From positions 1-48,131 of the forward strand of contig CAJABS010000116.1 of NCBI GenBank assembly GCA_903938075.1: a stretch of DNA of 48,131 nt. The letters are read 5' to 3'. Shown in pieces: positions 8,988-18,391 of this stretch. The notes under the pieces are model-generated. The model saw nothing but the letters and a program-made list of their open reading frames with translations, ran no database searches and was not told the DNA's origin. Source of the stretch: an uncultured Chloroflexota bacterium. Its GTDB lineage: Bacteria; Chloroflexota; Limnocylindria; Limnocylindrales; Limnocylindraceae. Position 1 is the stretch's first letter, and every line of letters starts with the position of its first letter. A program made the position numbers and the translations under genes.

Positions 8988-10360
8988 TCAAGCGCGTGTT
9001 GATTGCCAACCGTGGCGAAATTGCGCTGCGAATCTTGCGCGCCTGCCGCCAGCTCGGCATCGAGGCGGTGGTCGCCTATAGCGAGGCCGACCGCGAGTCG
9101 CGCGCCGTGCTGGTTGCCGACGAGGCGATCTGCATCGGCCCGGCCGACGCCAAGCGAAGCTACCTCTCGGCCCCCGCGGTGATCTCGGCGGCACTCGCCA
9201 CCGGCTGCGATGCCATTCACCCGGGGTACGGCTTCCTCTCCGAGAACGCCGCCTTCGCCGAGGCGGCCGCAGCACACGGCATCACCTTTATTGGCCCCTC
9301 GGCCGAGGTGCTCGAGCGCTTTGAGAGCAAGGCGGCGGTACGCGCCCTGCTGGCCAAGCACGGCCTCCCCACGATTCCTGGCTCTGACGGCGTGGTCGCC
9401 GACGAGGCTGCAGCAGCAAAGGCTGCAGAGAAGATTGGCTACCCAGTCATCTTGAAGGCGTCGGCAGGCGGCGGTGGTCGCGGCATGCGCGTGATCCAAA
9501 GTGCCGACGATCTGACGCAGCTCTTCTCACTCTGCACCCAAGAGGCGCAGGCGGCGTTCGGTGACGGCTCCCTCTACATCGAGAAGTACCTGATTGATAC
9601 GCACCATGTAGAGGTGCAGATCGCCGTTGACAAGAGCGGCACTGCGCTGCACTTCGGTGAGCGCGACTGCTCTGTGCAACGACGACATCAGAAGCTCGTC
9701 GAAGAGTCGCCTTCAACGGCACTCACCCCAAAGGTGCGCGAAGAGTTCTTGGTACGCGCCGCGAAGGCGATCGGCGCTGCGGGGTATCGCAACCTTGGCA
9801 CGCTCGAGTTCTTGGTCGGCCCCGACGGGAAGCCGTACTTCATCGAAATTAACTGCCGCATTCAGGTCGAGCATCCGGTCACCGAGATGGTGACGGGCGT
9901 CGATTTGGTCGCGCTGCAGATTCGCCTCGCCGCTGGCGAGCTGATGCCAATGACGCAGGCCGAGGTGGAGCGCCGCGGTCACGCGATCGAGTTCCGCCTC
10001 ACCGCCGAAGATCCGGCAATGGAGTTCCGCCCGCAGGCGGGTGAGATCACCACCTTCCGCTCACCGAGCGGCCCATGGGTGCGTTTCGATTCGCATCTCT
10101 ACGCCGGCTACGAGGTGCCGCCGTATTACGACAGCCTGCTCGCCAAGTTGATCGTGTGGGGGAACACGCGCGAAGAGGCGATCGCACGATCGCGCGCGGC
10201 GCTCCTTGAAGTAGAGATCGATGGCGTGGCTACCACGCGCGACTTCTTCCTTGGCCGCCTTGAGACGCCATCGTTCTTGAACGGCACCGCCACCACCGGC
10301 ATGCTCGACGCAATCGGCACCGCCGACATCTTGGCCGCCGCGCCAAAGGCCCGCGCATGA
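8984..10360 (+). CDS. accC: Biotin carboxylase
   Basis: GTG at 8984 (GTGA overlap) gives [27 protein letters not shown]. ATP-grasp motif GGGGRGMRV, and [14 protein letters not shown]. The track ORF start at 8912 is an upstream extension. Confidence 0.93.
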   Translation: [458 protein letters not shown]

Positions 10361-10833
10361 CCGCCCCACTGCTCGACCAGGCCGGCATTGAGGCGCTGAT
10401 CCCGCATCGCGCCCCGTTCTTGCTGCTCGATCGCATCGTCTCCGAAGACCGCGAGACGCAGACCCTGATTGCCGAGCTCGACGTACGCCCCGACGCCTTC
10501 TGGACTCCTGGGCACTTCCCTGGCATGCCGATCATGCCCGGCGTGCTGCAGGTTGAGGCGCTCGCCCAGGCGATGGGCGTCTACGTGGCGCGCACCGAAG
10601 GGTTCGGCAACCGCCTCGGCGTCTTCGCCAAGATCGAGGAGTGCCGCTTCACCCGCATGGTCGTGCCAGGCGAAACGCTACGACTCGAGATTCAGATGCA
10701 GAAGCTTGGCTCACGCATGGGCACCGCCAAGGGGACGGCGAGCGTCGATGGTGCCGCCGCCTGTACCGTCACGATTACGTTTGTGATTCCACCCGAGTCG
10801 GCGCTTCCGCGCCCGGCCGGTTCAGCCGAATAG
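10357..10833 (+). CDS. fabZ: 3-hydroxyacyl-ACP dehydratase
   Basis: 158 aa. LIPHRAPFLLLDRIV and GHFPGMPIMPGVLQVEALAQ. ATGA overlap with accC. Confidence 0.9.
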   Translation: MTAPLLDQAGIEALIPHRAPFLLLDRIVSEDRETQTLIAELDVRPDAFWTPGHFPGMPIMPGVLQVEALAQAMGVYVARTEGFGNRLGVFAKIEECRFTRMVVPGETLRLEIQMQKLGSRMGTAKGTASVDGAAACTVTITFVIPPESALPRPAGSAE

Positions 10834-10846
10834 CGAAGGGATAGAT

Positions 10847-11596
10847 ATGAAGCGCGTCGTCGTTCTCTCAGACATTCACGGCAACCTCGCCGCACTCGAG
10901 GCCGTCGTCGCGCGCCTCCCGGCCCTGAAGCCTGACCAGGTCGCAATCCTTGGCGATCACGCCCTCTTCGGGCCGCAGCCGTCGGAAACGATCGACCTGA
11001 TTCAGCAGCTGCAGAAGAAGGGTGCGCTTGTGACTGGGGGTACGGGCGACATCGCTGTGGCCGACCTCGACTACGCCGCCTCGTTCCCAAGCCTCGCCGG
11101 TGGCCTACCACCCGGACTGAAGGCTGCAGTGGAGTGGGCATCGGATGCGCTTGATGACGATCGCATCGAATGGCTGCGCTCCCTTCCAAGTGAGCGACGC
11201 ATTCGTTACGGCGAAATTGCCGTCACCTTCTGCCACGCCTCACCCGGCTCGCGCACGATTCCGTTGAGTGCCGACCTTGACCCGTCGACCACGTTGGAGT
11301 TGCTCGGCCAGACCGACTCGCGCGTTGTCTGCGTGGGCTTCACGCATACCGCGCGCGTGAAGGATTACGGCTGGAAGGTGCTCGTCGACGCGGGCTCCGT
11401 TGGCATGCCGTACGACGGCGACGCCACCGCCGCCTTTACCGTGATCGATATTGATCCCGAGGAGAAGACCATCAACGCCGAGGTCTATCGCGCCAGCTAC
11501 GACACCGAAAAGGTCGCCGACGCGATTAGCGCGCGTGGCCTGACGGGCGATACCTATCGCGCCGCAACGCTCCGCTCCGGGAAGCTGGTGCGATGA
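10847..11596 (+). CDS. Metallophosphoesterase (YfcE/MJ0936-like calcineurin-fold)
   Basis: 249 aa. VVVLSDIHGN, ILGDH, and later His motifs (FCHASP, GFTHT). The stop overlaps the fabF ATG (ATGA). Confidence 0.7.
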   Translation: MKRVVVLSDIHGNLAALEAVVARLPALKPDQVAILGDHALFGPQPSETIDLIQQLQKKGALVTGGTGDIAVADLDYAASFPSLAGGLPPGLKAAVEWASDALDDDRIEWLRSLPSERRIRYGEIAVTFCHASPGSRTIPLSADLDPSTTLELLGQTDSRVVCVGFTHTARVKDYGWKVLVDAGSVGMPYDGDATAAFTVIDIDPEEKTINAEVYRASYDTEKVADAISARGLTGDTYRAATLRSGKLVR

Positions 11597-12867
11597 ACAA
11601 CGAGCAGCGCGTCGTCGTAACGGGGATGGGGGCGGTCTCACCGCTCGGCCGTGGCGTTGCCGCGCTTTGGGACGGCCTTCTCGCCGGACGCTCCGGCGTT
11701 CGCGCGTTGCAGGGCCTCGACCTCACCGGCCAAGAGGTCGACTTCGGCGGGCAGGCGATCGACTTCGATCCTTCTGATGTGCTCGAGCCGAAGCAGATCA
11801 AGCGCCTCGATCGCTTCACGCACTTCGCCATCGCCGCTGCCGCTGAGGCACTCGCCTCCGCCGGGTTGCCACCACGATTTGAAGCGGGCGAATCATCCGA
11901 AGGGGTCGCCACAATCATCGGCTCTGGGCTTGGTGGCGCGACTACCTTGTTTGAACAGGCCGCCGTCTTCGCCGAGCGCGGCGCCGGTCGCATCTCGCCC
12001 TTCTTGGTTCCCGCCGCCATTGGCAACATGGCCTCGGGCGAAGTGGCGATTCACGTTGGCGCACAGGGCCCGTCGTTCGGCGCGGTGAGCGCCTGCGCCA
12101 CCGCCGGTCACGCGATTGGTGAGGCGTACGAGATGATTCGCCGCGGCGACGCGACTATCGCACTCGCCGGCGGCACCGAGGCGGCGCTCCACCCAGTGGT
12201 GATCGCGGGATTCAACAACATGCGTGCCCTCTCGCGCAGCGGTGCATCGTCCACCGGTGGCAATCCTGCCGCCGCATCACGACCGTTCGATAGCGGTCGC
12301 GATGGATTCGTGATGGCCGAAGGAGCTGGCATCCTGCTGTTGGAGCGACTCGATGTGGCACTCGCCCGCGGCGCAACGCCGCTCGCTGAGCTGGTGGGCT
12401 ACGGCGCCACCGCCGACGCGTTGCACATCACCCTGCCAGCACCTGGCGGCTCAGGTGCCGTTCGCGCCGCGCGCCGCGCACTCGCCAAGGCGGGTCGCAC
12501 CGGTGCAGAGATCGATCATGTCAATGCGCATGCCACCTCAACGCCCGAGGGCGATAAGGCAGAGCTCGAAGCGATTCGCACGATCCTCGGCGAGGGATCC
12601 CGCGCGAGTGTCACCGCCACGAAGGGCGCTATCGGCCACACCCTTGGCGCCGCGGGCGGACTCGGTTCCATCGCCACAATCTGCGCCATGCGCGATGGAC
12701 GTGTGCATCCAACGTTGAATCTCACCGCACCAGATCCAGCCTCCGTTGGCCTGAACATCGTCACCGGCGCACCAGCTGCGCAGCAGGTGAACCTGGCACT
12801 GGTGAATGCCTTCGGCTTCGGCGGGCAGAACTCGGCCCTCCTCTTTGCGAAGTGGGAGGGGAAGTAA
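11593..12867 (+). CDS. fabF: Beta-ketoacyl-ACP synthase II
   Basis: 424 aa. VVVTGMGAVSPLG, active-site ACATAGHAIG, HATSTPEGD, GHTLGAAG. Confidence 0.92.
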   Translation: MNNEQRVVVTGMGAVSPLGRGVAALWDGLLAGRSGVRALQGLDLTGQEVDFGGQAIDFDPSDVLEPKQIKRLDRFTHFAIAAAAEALASAGLPPRFEAGESSEGVATIIGSGLGGATTLFEQAAVFAERGAGRISPFLVPAAIGNMASGEVAIHVGAQGPSFGAVSACATAGHAIGEAYEMIRRGDATIALAGGTEAALHPVVIAGFNNMRALSRSGASSTGGNPAAASRPFDSGRDGFVMAEGAGILLLERLDVALARGATPLAELVGYGATADALHITLPAPGGSGAVRAARRALAKAGRTGAEIDHVNAHATSTPEGDKAELEAIRTILGEGSRASVTATKGAIGHTLGAAGGLGSIATICAMRDGRVHPTLNLTAPDPASVGLNIVTGAPAAQQVNLALVNAFGFGGQNSALLFAKWEGK

Positions 12868-13637
12868 TGGCCGAGAAGCGTCGCGTTCGACTGCAGAAGA
12901 GCGCTCGCCGCGCACTCGAGGCGGCACGCGATGCGGCGCGACGCGCGCGCGGTGACGCACCAGAAGTTGTGCCATCGAGCGACGTAACGACACCGTCGAC
13001 GCCAGCCATTGAGCGACTCGCGCCGCGAAATCCATCGCGCCTCATTGAGAGCGCACTGCCAGCGGCGGCCTCTGCAGCGCAGAGCACCCCACCACGACCG
13101 CGGAAGGGGGAGAGCCGCAGCGGCGCGCGACTCCCAGCAAACCTGCCACTCACGACCGACGACGCCGCCTTGATTGAGATCATTGACCGCCTCGCCGTTG
13201 TTGCCGACGGGAGCGGCCTTGCCGAGGTTGAACTCTCGTCTGGTGGCACGCGCGTGGTGGTGCGCAGCCGCAGTGCCGTACAGGGGAGCCACGTGGTGGT
13301 GACTGGCGCCGCCGTACCGCCAACCACTGCAAGCGCCGCGCCGGTGCCACTCCCAACAGGGGCAAAGCCAGCGCCAGCCAGCGCAACCGCACCAGCTGGA
13401 CCCGTGGTGAGCGCGCCGCTTACCGGCATCTTCTACGCCGCCCCATCACCAGGTGCACCCGCATTCATCTCGGTCGGATCGATCGTGGCGGTCGGTCAGC
13501 CGATCGGTCTCATTGAGGCGATGAAGCTCTTCAACGAGATCAAGAGCGATAAGGCGGGTCGCGTGGTGCGCATCATTGCGCAGGATGGCCTCTTGGTGAA
13601 GGCGAAGTCGCCGATCATTGAGGTGGAGCCAGCATGA
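12867..13637 (+). CDS. accB: Biotin carboxyl carrier protein with a roughly 100-aa basic N-terminal extension
   Basis: ATG at 12867 overlaps the fabF TAA and follows GGGAGGGG. Canonical IGLIEAMKLFNEIKSD biotinylation motif. A BCCP N-domain (IEIIDRLAVVADGSGLAEVELSSGG) is preceded by an Arg-rich region. Confidence 0.88.
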   Translation: MAEKRRVRLQKSARRALEAARDAARRARGDAPEVVPSSDVTTPSTPAIERLAPRNPSRLIESALPAAASAAQSTPPRPRKGESRSGARLPANLPLTTDDAALIEIIDRLAVVADGSGLAEVELSSGGTRVVVRSRSAVQGSHVVVTGAAVPPTTASAAPVPLPTGAKPAPASATAPAGPVVSAPLTGIFYAAPSPGAPAFISVGSIVAVGQPIGLIEAMKLFNEIKSDKAGRVVRIIAQDGLLVKAKSPIIEVEPA

Positions 13638-14815
13638 GCGGCCCGCTCACCAACGGTGACGCAACGCGTATCGGCGGCGAATCAGGGCTCGCGGCGCTCC
13701 CGAATCGTACGACTCACATCGTGGGATGGGGGCACGAGGTGCCGAAGGCGGTCATCACCAACGCCGATCTTGAGAAGATCGTGGAGACGAGCGACGAGTG
13801 GATCAGTACGCGCACCGGCATTCGCGAGCGACACATCGCTGGCACTGGTGAGACCACCGCATCGATGGGGGCGATTGCCGCCGCCCGTGCACTGGCCGTT
13901 GCCGGTGTCTCTGCCGACTCGGTTGACCTGATCGTTGTTGCAACCCTCACACCAGATCACCCGATGCCGAGCACTGCGGTGCTGGTGAAGGAGGCGATCG
14001 GCAGCCATCGCGCCGCCGCCTTCGATCTGTCGGCCGCCTGCTCCGGGTTTGCCTACGCATACGCCGTCGCGCACGGCTTCCTCACCGCTGGCCTTGGTCA
14101 GCGCGCACTCGTGATTGGCGCCGAGTCACTCTCGCGCGTGGTCGACTGGAGCGATCGTTCCACCTGTGTGCTCTTTGGCGATGGCGCTGGTGCGATCGTG
14201 CTTGATGCACTTGATCTGCACGACGACCAGAACATTGCAACACGACCAGGCACCCTGAGCTTCGAGCTCTCTGCAGATCCGTCGGGTGCATTCGCGCTCT
14301 GGATCCCTGGCGGCTCAGGAGACGACGCTGATCCGTTGATCAAGATGGATGGGGCGAAGACGTACGTGTATGCAACGCGGACCATGGCTGCGGTCGCGAC
14401 GGCGGCGATCGAACGCGCCGGCCTCACCATTCCCGAGGTGGATCTGGTGATCCCACATCAGGCGAACCTGCGCATTATCGAACACGTCTCCAAGGCGATC
14501 GGCTACCCAATGGAGAAGATCTTCGTGAATCTCGACCGCTACGGAAACACCTCGGCGGCGAGCATCCCGATCGCCCTCTCCGAGGCGGTCGCTGCAGGTC
14601 GACTGAAGCCGGGCGATGTCTTCTGCACGGTGGCCTTCGGTGGCGGCTACACCTCAGGCGCCTTCGTCACCCGCTGGGATGCCGACCCCGCCAACGGCGC
14701 ACGCGCCGCGGCGGTCGATCCGAGCACGATCACGGTTCGACGCCCCGAGGGGGGAGCGAAGGCGGCCGAGGTACCTGCGGCGCTGAAGGCGCTGCTAGAC
14801 GCAAAGCGCCGCTAG
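13634..14815 (+). CDS. fabH: Beta-ketoacyl-ACP synthase III with N- and C-terminal extensions
   Basis: 393 aa. SDEWISTRTGIRERH, AACSGFAYA (Cys), HQANLRI, GNTSAASIP. ATGA overlap with accB. Confidence 0.9.
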   Translation: MSGPLTNGDATRIGGESGLAALPNRTTHIVGWGHEVPKAVITNADLEKIVETSDEWISTRTGIRERHIAGTGETTASMGAIAAARALAVAGVSADSVDLIVVATLTPDHPMPSTAVLVKEAIGSHRAAAFDLSAACSGFAYAYAVAHGFLTAGLGQRALVIGAESLSRVVDWSDRSTCVLFGDGAGAIVLDALDLHDDQNIATRPGTLSFELSADPSGAFALWIPGGSGDDADPLIKMDGAKTYVYATRTMAAVATAAIERAGLTIPEVDLVIPHQANLRIIEHVSKAIGYPMEKIFVNLDRYGNTSAASIPIALSEAVAAGRLKPGDVFCTVAFGGGYTSGAFVTRWDADPANGARAAAVDPSTITVRRPEGGAKAAEVPAALKALLDAKRR

Positions 14816-14857
14816 GCGCGACACTACGCACAACAGCCCCAACAGAGGAGGTTTCAC

Positions 14858-15607
14858 ATGTTTGAACTCAACGGATACGCCGCCATCGTCACCGGTGGTG
14901 CTCGCGGCATTGGCCGCGCGATCGCCGTCGCCCTCGCCGATGCTGGCGCCGACGTGCTGATCACTTATAAGGGGAACACCGCCGCCGCCGATGCCGTGGT
15001 CGCCGAGATCACCGCCAAGGGTCGCAAGGCGATTGCCATGCAGGCCGACGCCGCCGATCCCGACGCCGCCGTTACCGTGGTGGCGAAGGCGATCGAAGTG
15101 TTCGGCAAGCTCGACCTGCTCGTGAACAACGCGGGCATCACCCGCGACACGCTCATCTTGCGCATGACGCCAGAGCAGTGGCGCGAGGTCATCGACACGA
15201 ATCTTTCGGGCGCCTTCTACATGACGAAGGCCGCGGTGAAGGAGATGCTGCGCGCCAAGAGTGGCCGCATCGTCAACATCACCAGCGTCTCGGGTCAGGC
15301 GGGGAACGCCGGCCAGGCGAACTACAGCTCGGCGAAGGCCGGCATGATCGGCCTCACCAAGGCAACGGCGCGCGAGGTGGCGAGCCGCGGCATTACCGTG
15401 AACGCGGTCGCGCCAGGCTTCATCGTCACCGAGCTCACCACCGATCTTCCTGAAGCGATTAAAGAGGGCGTGAAGTCAGCAACCCCGCTCGGCCGCTTCG
15501 GTGAGCCGAACGAGATCGCCGCCGCCGTGATCTACCTTGCATCGCGCGAGGCTTCGTACGTGACCGGACAGGTGCTCGGCGTCGACGGCGGACTGGTGAT
15601 GATGTAG
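14858..15607 (+). CDS. fabG: 3-oxoacyl-ACP reductase
   Basis: 249 aa SDR. TGGARGIGRAIA, NNAGI, YSSAKAG. RBS GAGGAGG upstream. Confidence 0.88.
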   Translation: MFELNGYAAIVTGGARGIGRAIAVALADAGADVLITYKGNTAAADAVVAEITAKGRKAIAMQADAADPDAAVTVVAKAIEVFGKLDLLVNNAGITRDTLILRMTPEQWREVIDTNLSGAFYMTKAAVKEMLRAKSGRIVNITSVSGQAGNAGQANYSSAKAGMIGLTKATAREVASRGITVNAVAPGFIVTELTTDLPEAIKEGVKSATPLGRFGEPNEIAAAVIYLASREASYVTGQVLGVDGGLVMM

Positions 15608-17112
15608 TGATTCGCACCGCCCGCCCATACGTGCTCGCCGTCACCCTACTGGCAACAATCTTCACCGCAACGGTCATCTGGGCGAGCACGCCCCCGAACG
15701 CTGCAACCGCGACACCGGCGAACATTCTCGGAACCGATGGGCGCTACACGCTGCTCTTCCTGGGTAGTGATAAGCGCTGCGCCAAACGGGTGGGGAAGAA
15801 GATGATCATGACGGAGCGCTGCGACACAGGAACAGTCGAAGCCACCGAGTGGAACTGGTCCCCAAGAAATGACAAGGCATACGGTGTGCCCAAAAGCCAG
15901 ATTGGCTCGGAGCGCACCGATGTCATCTTGCTCCTCACGGTTGATCCATTCAGCGGCCAGACCGCTGCGTACAGCATTCCGCGAGACCTTTATGGCTTCC
16001 CGCTGAAGCCCTCGATTGCGAAATCCTTCGGCCGCGCCGGCTCAAAGATCTTCAACGACAAGATCAACGCACTCTTCGTCCGCGCCCAGCAATACGCTCG
16101 AACAAACATGACGAAGAGCCAGGCGAAGGCCTGGGACAGCATGCTCGCCTGGGAGCGCAGTGTCGTCGCGGGGAACCTCGTTGCAGAGAACATCGCGTTT
16201 GGCCTCGGCATAGAGATCGACGACTGGACCCTGACGACGTTCGGTACCGCTGACATTATGGGGGCGACTCTTGATCGTCTTGATGGCAGCGTCCCTGCCG
16301 ACACCATCGTGCAGCTTGACGATAAGACCCGGTTCGCCGCCTGCCGCGCCAACACACTGCGCAAGATTCGAGGGAGCGGCTCAAGCTACCTCGATCGAAA
16401 CCTCGCATCGAATGCAAAATATGGCGACCTGCTCTTCTTACGACCAGGCCGTGCCGATAACTTCCCGAGCAGCAAGGTGTACGGCTGGTTATACGCCAAC
16501 TGCAAAGAGCCAGGTACCACCAAAACAGTGCGCACGACGAGTCCTTACTTTGTTGAGGGTTCCTGTGACATCACTGCTCTGCTGACTGCCAAAACAAATG
16601 AGAGCTGCTCGTTCCGCGTGCCATCTACTCTTTGGACGGGCTTTGGACGATCCAGAAAGTTTGATGGAGCGATAGAGCGGGCGAATCGTCACCCCCGTTT
16701 AGTGGCGGGCATTACCCTGCGCGTGCTTGAGGCGGGGCGATTCCGCGCTGCCACACTCGCCTCGCTGATGAATCTGCGTTGGTATAAGAAGGGCCCGCCG
16801 CTCGTGCGTGGCACGATCACGCCGGCAAACGTCGAGGCAATCTTCAATGTCATTGAGTTCGCAAAGCCAGCGTTGCTGCTCGGACCCGATGTGGCGGGCG
16901 GCTGGAAGTCGCTCATTATGTCCGGCGGAACTGACAAGGCAAAGAAGTGCACGATTGCTGGCGGCGGCATGCGCTTCTCTGCGAACGGTTCGAACTCAAA
17001 GGCCACGTTGAAAATTCTTGACAACACGATGAAGTGCACGACGGCGTGGCTTGCCCCCTACTTCGGGCCCGTTGCCGGTCACCTCAACGAAGGGCCGCCA
17101 GTCGCGCCGTAG
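15607..17112 (+). CDS. LCP (LytR-CpsA-Psr) family protein with an N-terminal TM anchor and a long Cys-containing C-terminal region
   Basis: 501 aa. TM VLAVTLLATIFTATVIW, LCP-type motifs LLFLGSDKR and ERTDVILLLTVDPFSGQTAAYSIPRDL. The GTG start overlaps the fabG TAG by 1 nt. Confidence 0.7.
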   Translation: MIRTARPYVLAVTLLATIFTATVIWASTPPNAATATPANILGTDGRYTLLFLGSDKRCAKRVGKKMIMTERCDTGTVEATEWNWSPRNDKAYGVPKSQIGSERTDVILLLTVDPFSGQTAAYSIPRDLYGFPLKPSIAKSFGRAGSKIFNDKINALFVRAQQYARTNMTKSQAKAWDSMLAWERSVVAGNLVAENIAFGLGIEIDDWTLTTFGTADIMGATLDRLDGSVPADTIVQLDDKTRFAACRANTLRKIRGSGSSYLDRNLASNAKYGDLLFLRPGRADNFPSSKVYGWLYANCKEPGTTKTVRTTSPYFVEGSCDITALLTAKTNESCSFRVPSTLWTGFGRSRKFDGAIERANRHPRLVAGITLRVLEAGRFRAATLASLMNLRWYKKGPPLVRGTITPANVEAIFNVIEFAKPALLLGPDVAGGWKSLIMSGGTDKAKKCTIAGGGMRFSANGSNSKATLKILDNTMKCTTAWLAPYFGPVAGHLNEGPPVAP

Positions 17113-17125
17113 CGCGGGCTGCTCG

Positions 17126-18391
17126 CTAGGCGGCGAGGCCGAGGATGTTTACCAGAACGATCCCCACGTTCAAGACGGCGAGGATTGCCACAGAGCTCCA
17201 GCCAACGAGGCGCAACCAGCGCGGCGAGACGTGCTCGCCGAGGAGCGACTTACTGCTCGTGAGCTTCACAATGAAGGCGAGCACGATCGGCAGGAAGAGC
17301 CCCTGAAGGTACTGGCTGCTGATGATTGCGCCGATCGGGTTCAACCCGGGGAGCATCACCACGATGGCGCCAATCGCCAAGATCGCAGTGAAGATGCCGT
17401 AGAAGATCGGTGCCTCGCTCAGGCGCTTGTCGACACCTGACTCAAAGCCGAACGCTTCGGAGAGGGCGAAGGCGGTGGTGAGTGGCATGATCGCCATCGC
17501 CAGCAGGCTTGCACCAAAGAGGCCAGCACCAAAGAGGATCTTCGAGAACTCGCCAGCGAGCGGCTCGAGGGCGACCGCCGCCTCTGCCGCCGAACCGATC
17601 GGCTTGCCGAGTGAACCGAGGGCGACCGCCGTGGCGATCACCACACAGGCGGCGATGAAGTTCGTCCAGATAGAGCCAAGGATCGCGTCGGCGCGAGCGG
17701 CGCCGAGCCGCTCAACGCCGATCCCTTTCTCGGCGACCGCAGACTGCAGATAGAACTGCATGTACGGCGTCACGGTTGTTCCGACGACCGCCACCAGCAG
17801 GAGCATCTCTGCCCCCGAAACGCCGGCAAGGCTTGGTGTCGTGAGTGAAGAGGCGACCGCCGCCCAGTTTGGATTCGCCAAGAGTGCAGCGGCGATGTAG
17901 GCCAAGAAGACGGCGGTGAGCGCCAAGAAGATTCGCTCCACACTGCGGTAACTGCCGTAGACCACGAGCAGCCAAACGATCAGGGCGGAGAAAGGTGCCG
18001 TAAGCAGGATCGGCACGTTGAAGATCGCCATGGCGGATGCGGCGCCCGCAACGTTTGCCACGGTGTTGGCGAGGTTCGCGAGCAGCAAGACCACCATGGC
18101 AAAGAGCGCCCAGCGCACGCCGAAGCGCTCACGGATCAGGTCGGAGAGCCCTTGACCAGTAACGACGCCGAGCCGCGCCACCGACTCTTGGACAAGGGCG
18201 AGGAGCAGCGCCGTGAGCGGCAGAATCCACAAGAAGCGCAGTCCGGTCTGCGAGCCGAGGGTGGCGTAGGTGGTGATACCGCCGGCATCGTTTCCGGCGA
18301 CGCCTGCGATGAGGCCAGGCCCAACGACCGCCAAGAAGGCGAGTGGTCCGCGGCGACGGCGAAAGAGATCACGCAGGCCGAGGCTAGCCAC
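17126..18391 (-). CDS. Nramp/SLC11-family transporter with NRMT-like (Mg2+-type) substitutions in the metal site
   Basis: 421 aa and polytopic. The TM1 region GPGLIAGVAGNDAGGITTY corresponds to the canonical DPGN. The TM6 region VGTTVTPYMQFYLQSA corresponds to the canonical MPHN segment. GTG start. Confidence 0.8.
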   Translation of the reverse strand: MASLGLRDLFRRRRGPLAFLAVVGPGLIAGVAGNDAGGITTYATLGSQTGLRFLWILPLTALLLALVQESVARLGVVTGQGLSDLIRERFGVRWALFAMVVLLLANLANTVANVAGAASAMAIFNVPILLTAPFSALIVWLLVVYGSYRSVERIFLALTAVFLAYIAAALLANPNWAAVASSLTTPSLAGVSGAEMLLLVAVVGTTVTPYMQFYLQSAVAEKGIGVERLGAARADAILGSIWTNFIAACVVIATAVALGSLGKPIGSAAEAAVALEPLAGEFSKILFGAGLFGASLLAMAIMPLTTAFALSEAFGFESGVDKRLSEAPIFYGIFTAILAIGAIVVMLPGLNPIGAIISSQYLQGLFLPIVLAFIVKLTSSKSLLGEHVSPRWLRLVGWSSVAILAVLNVGIVLVNILGLAA

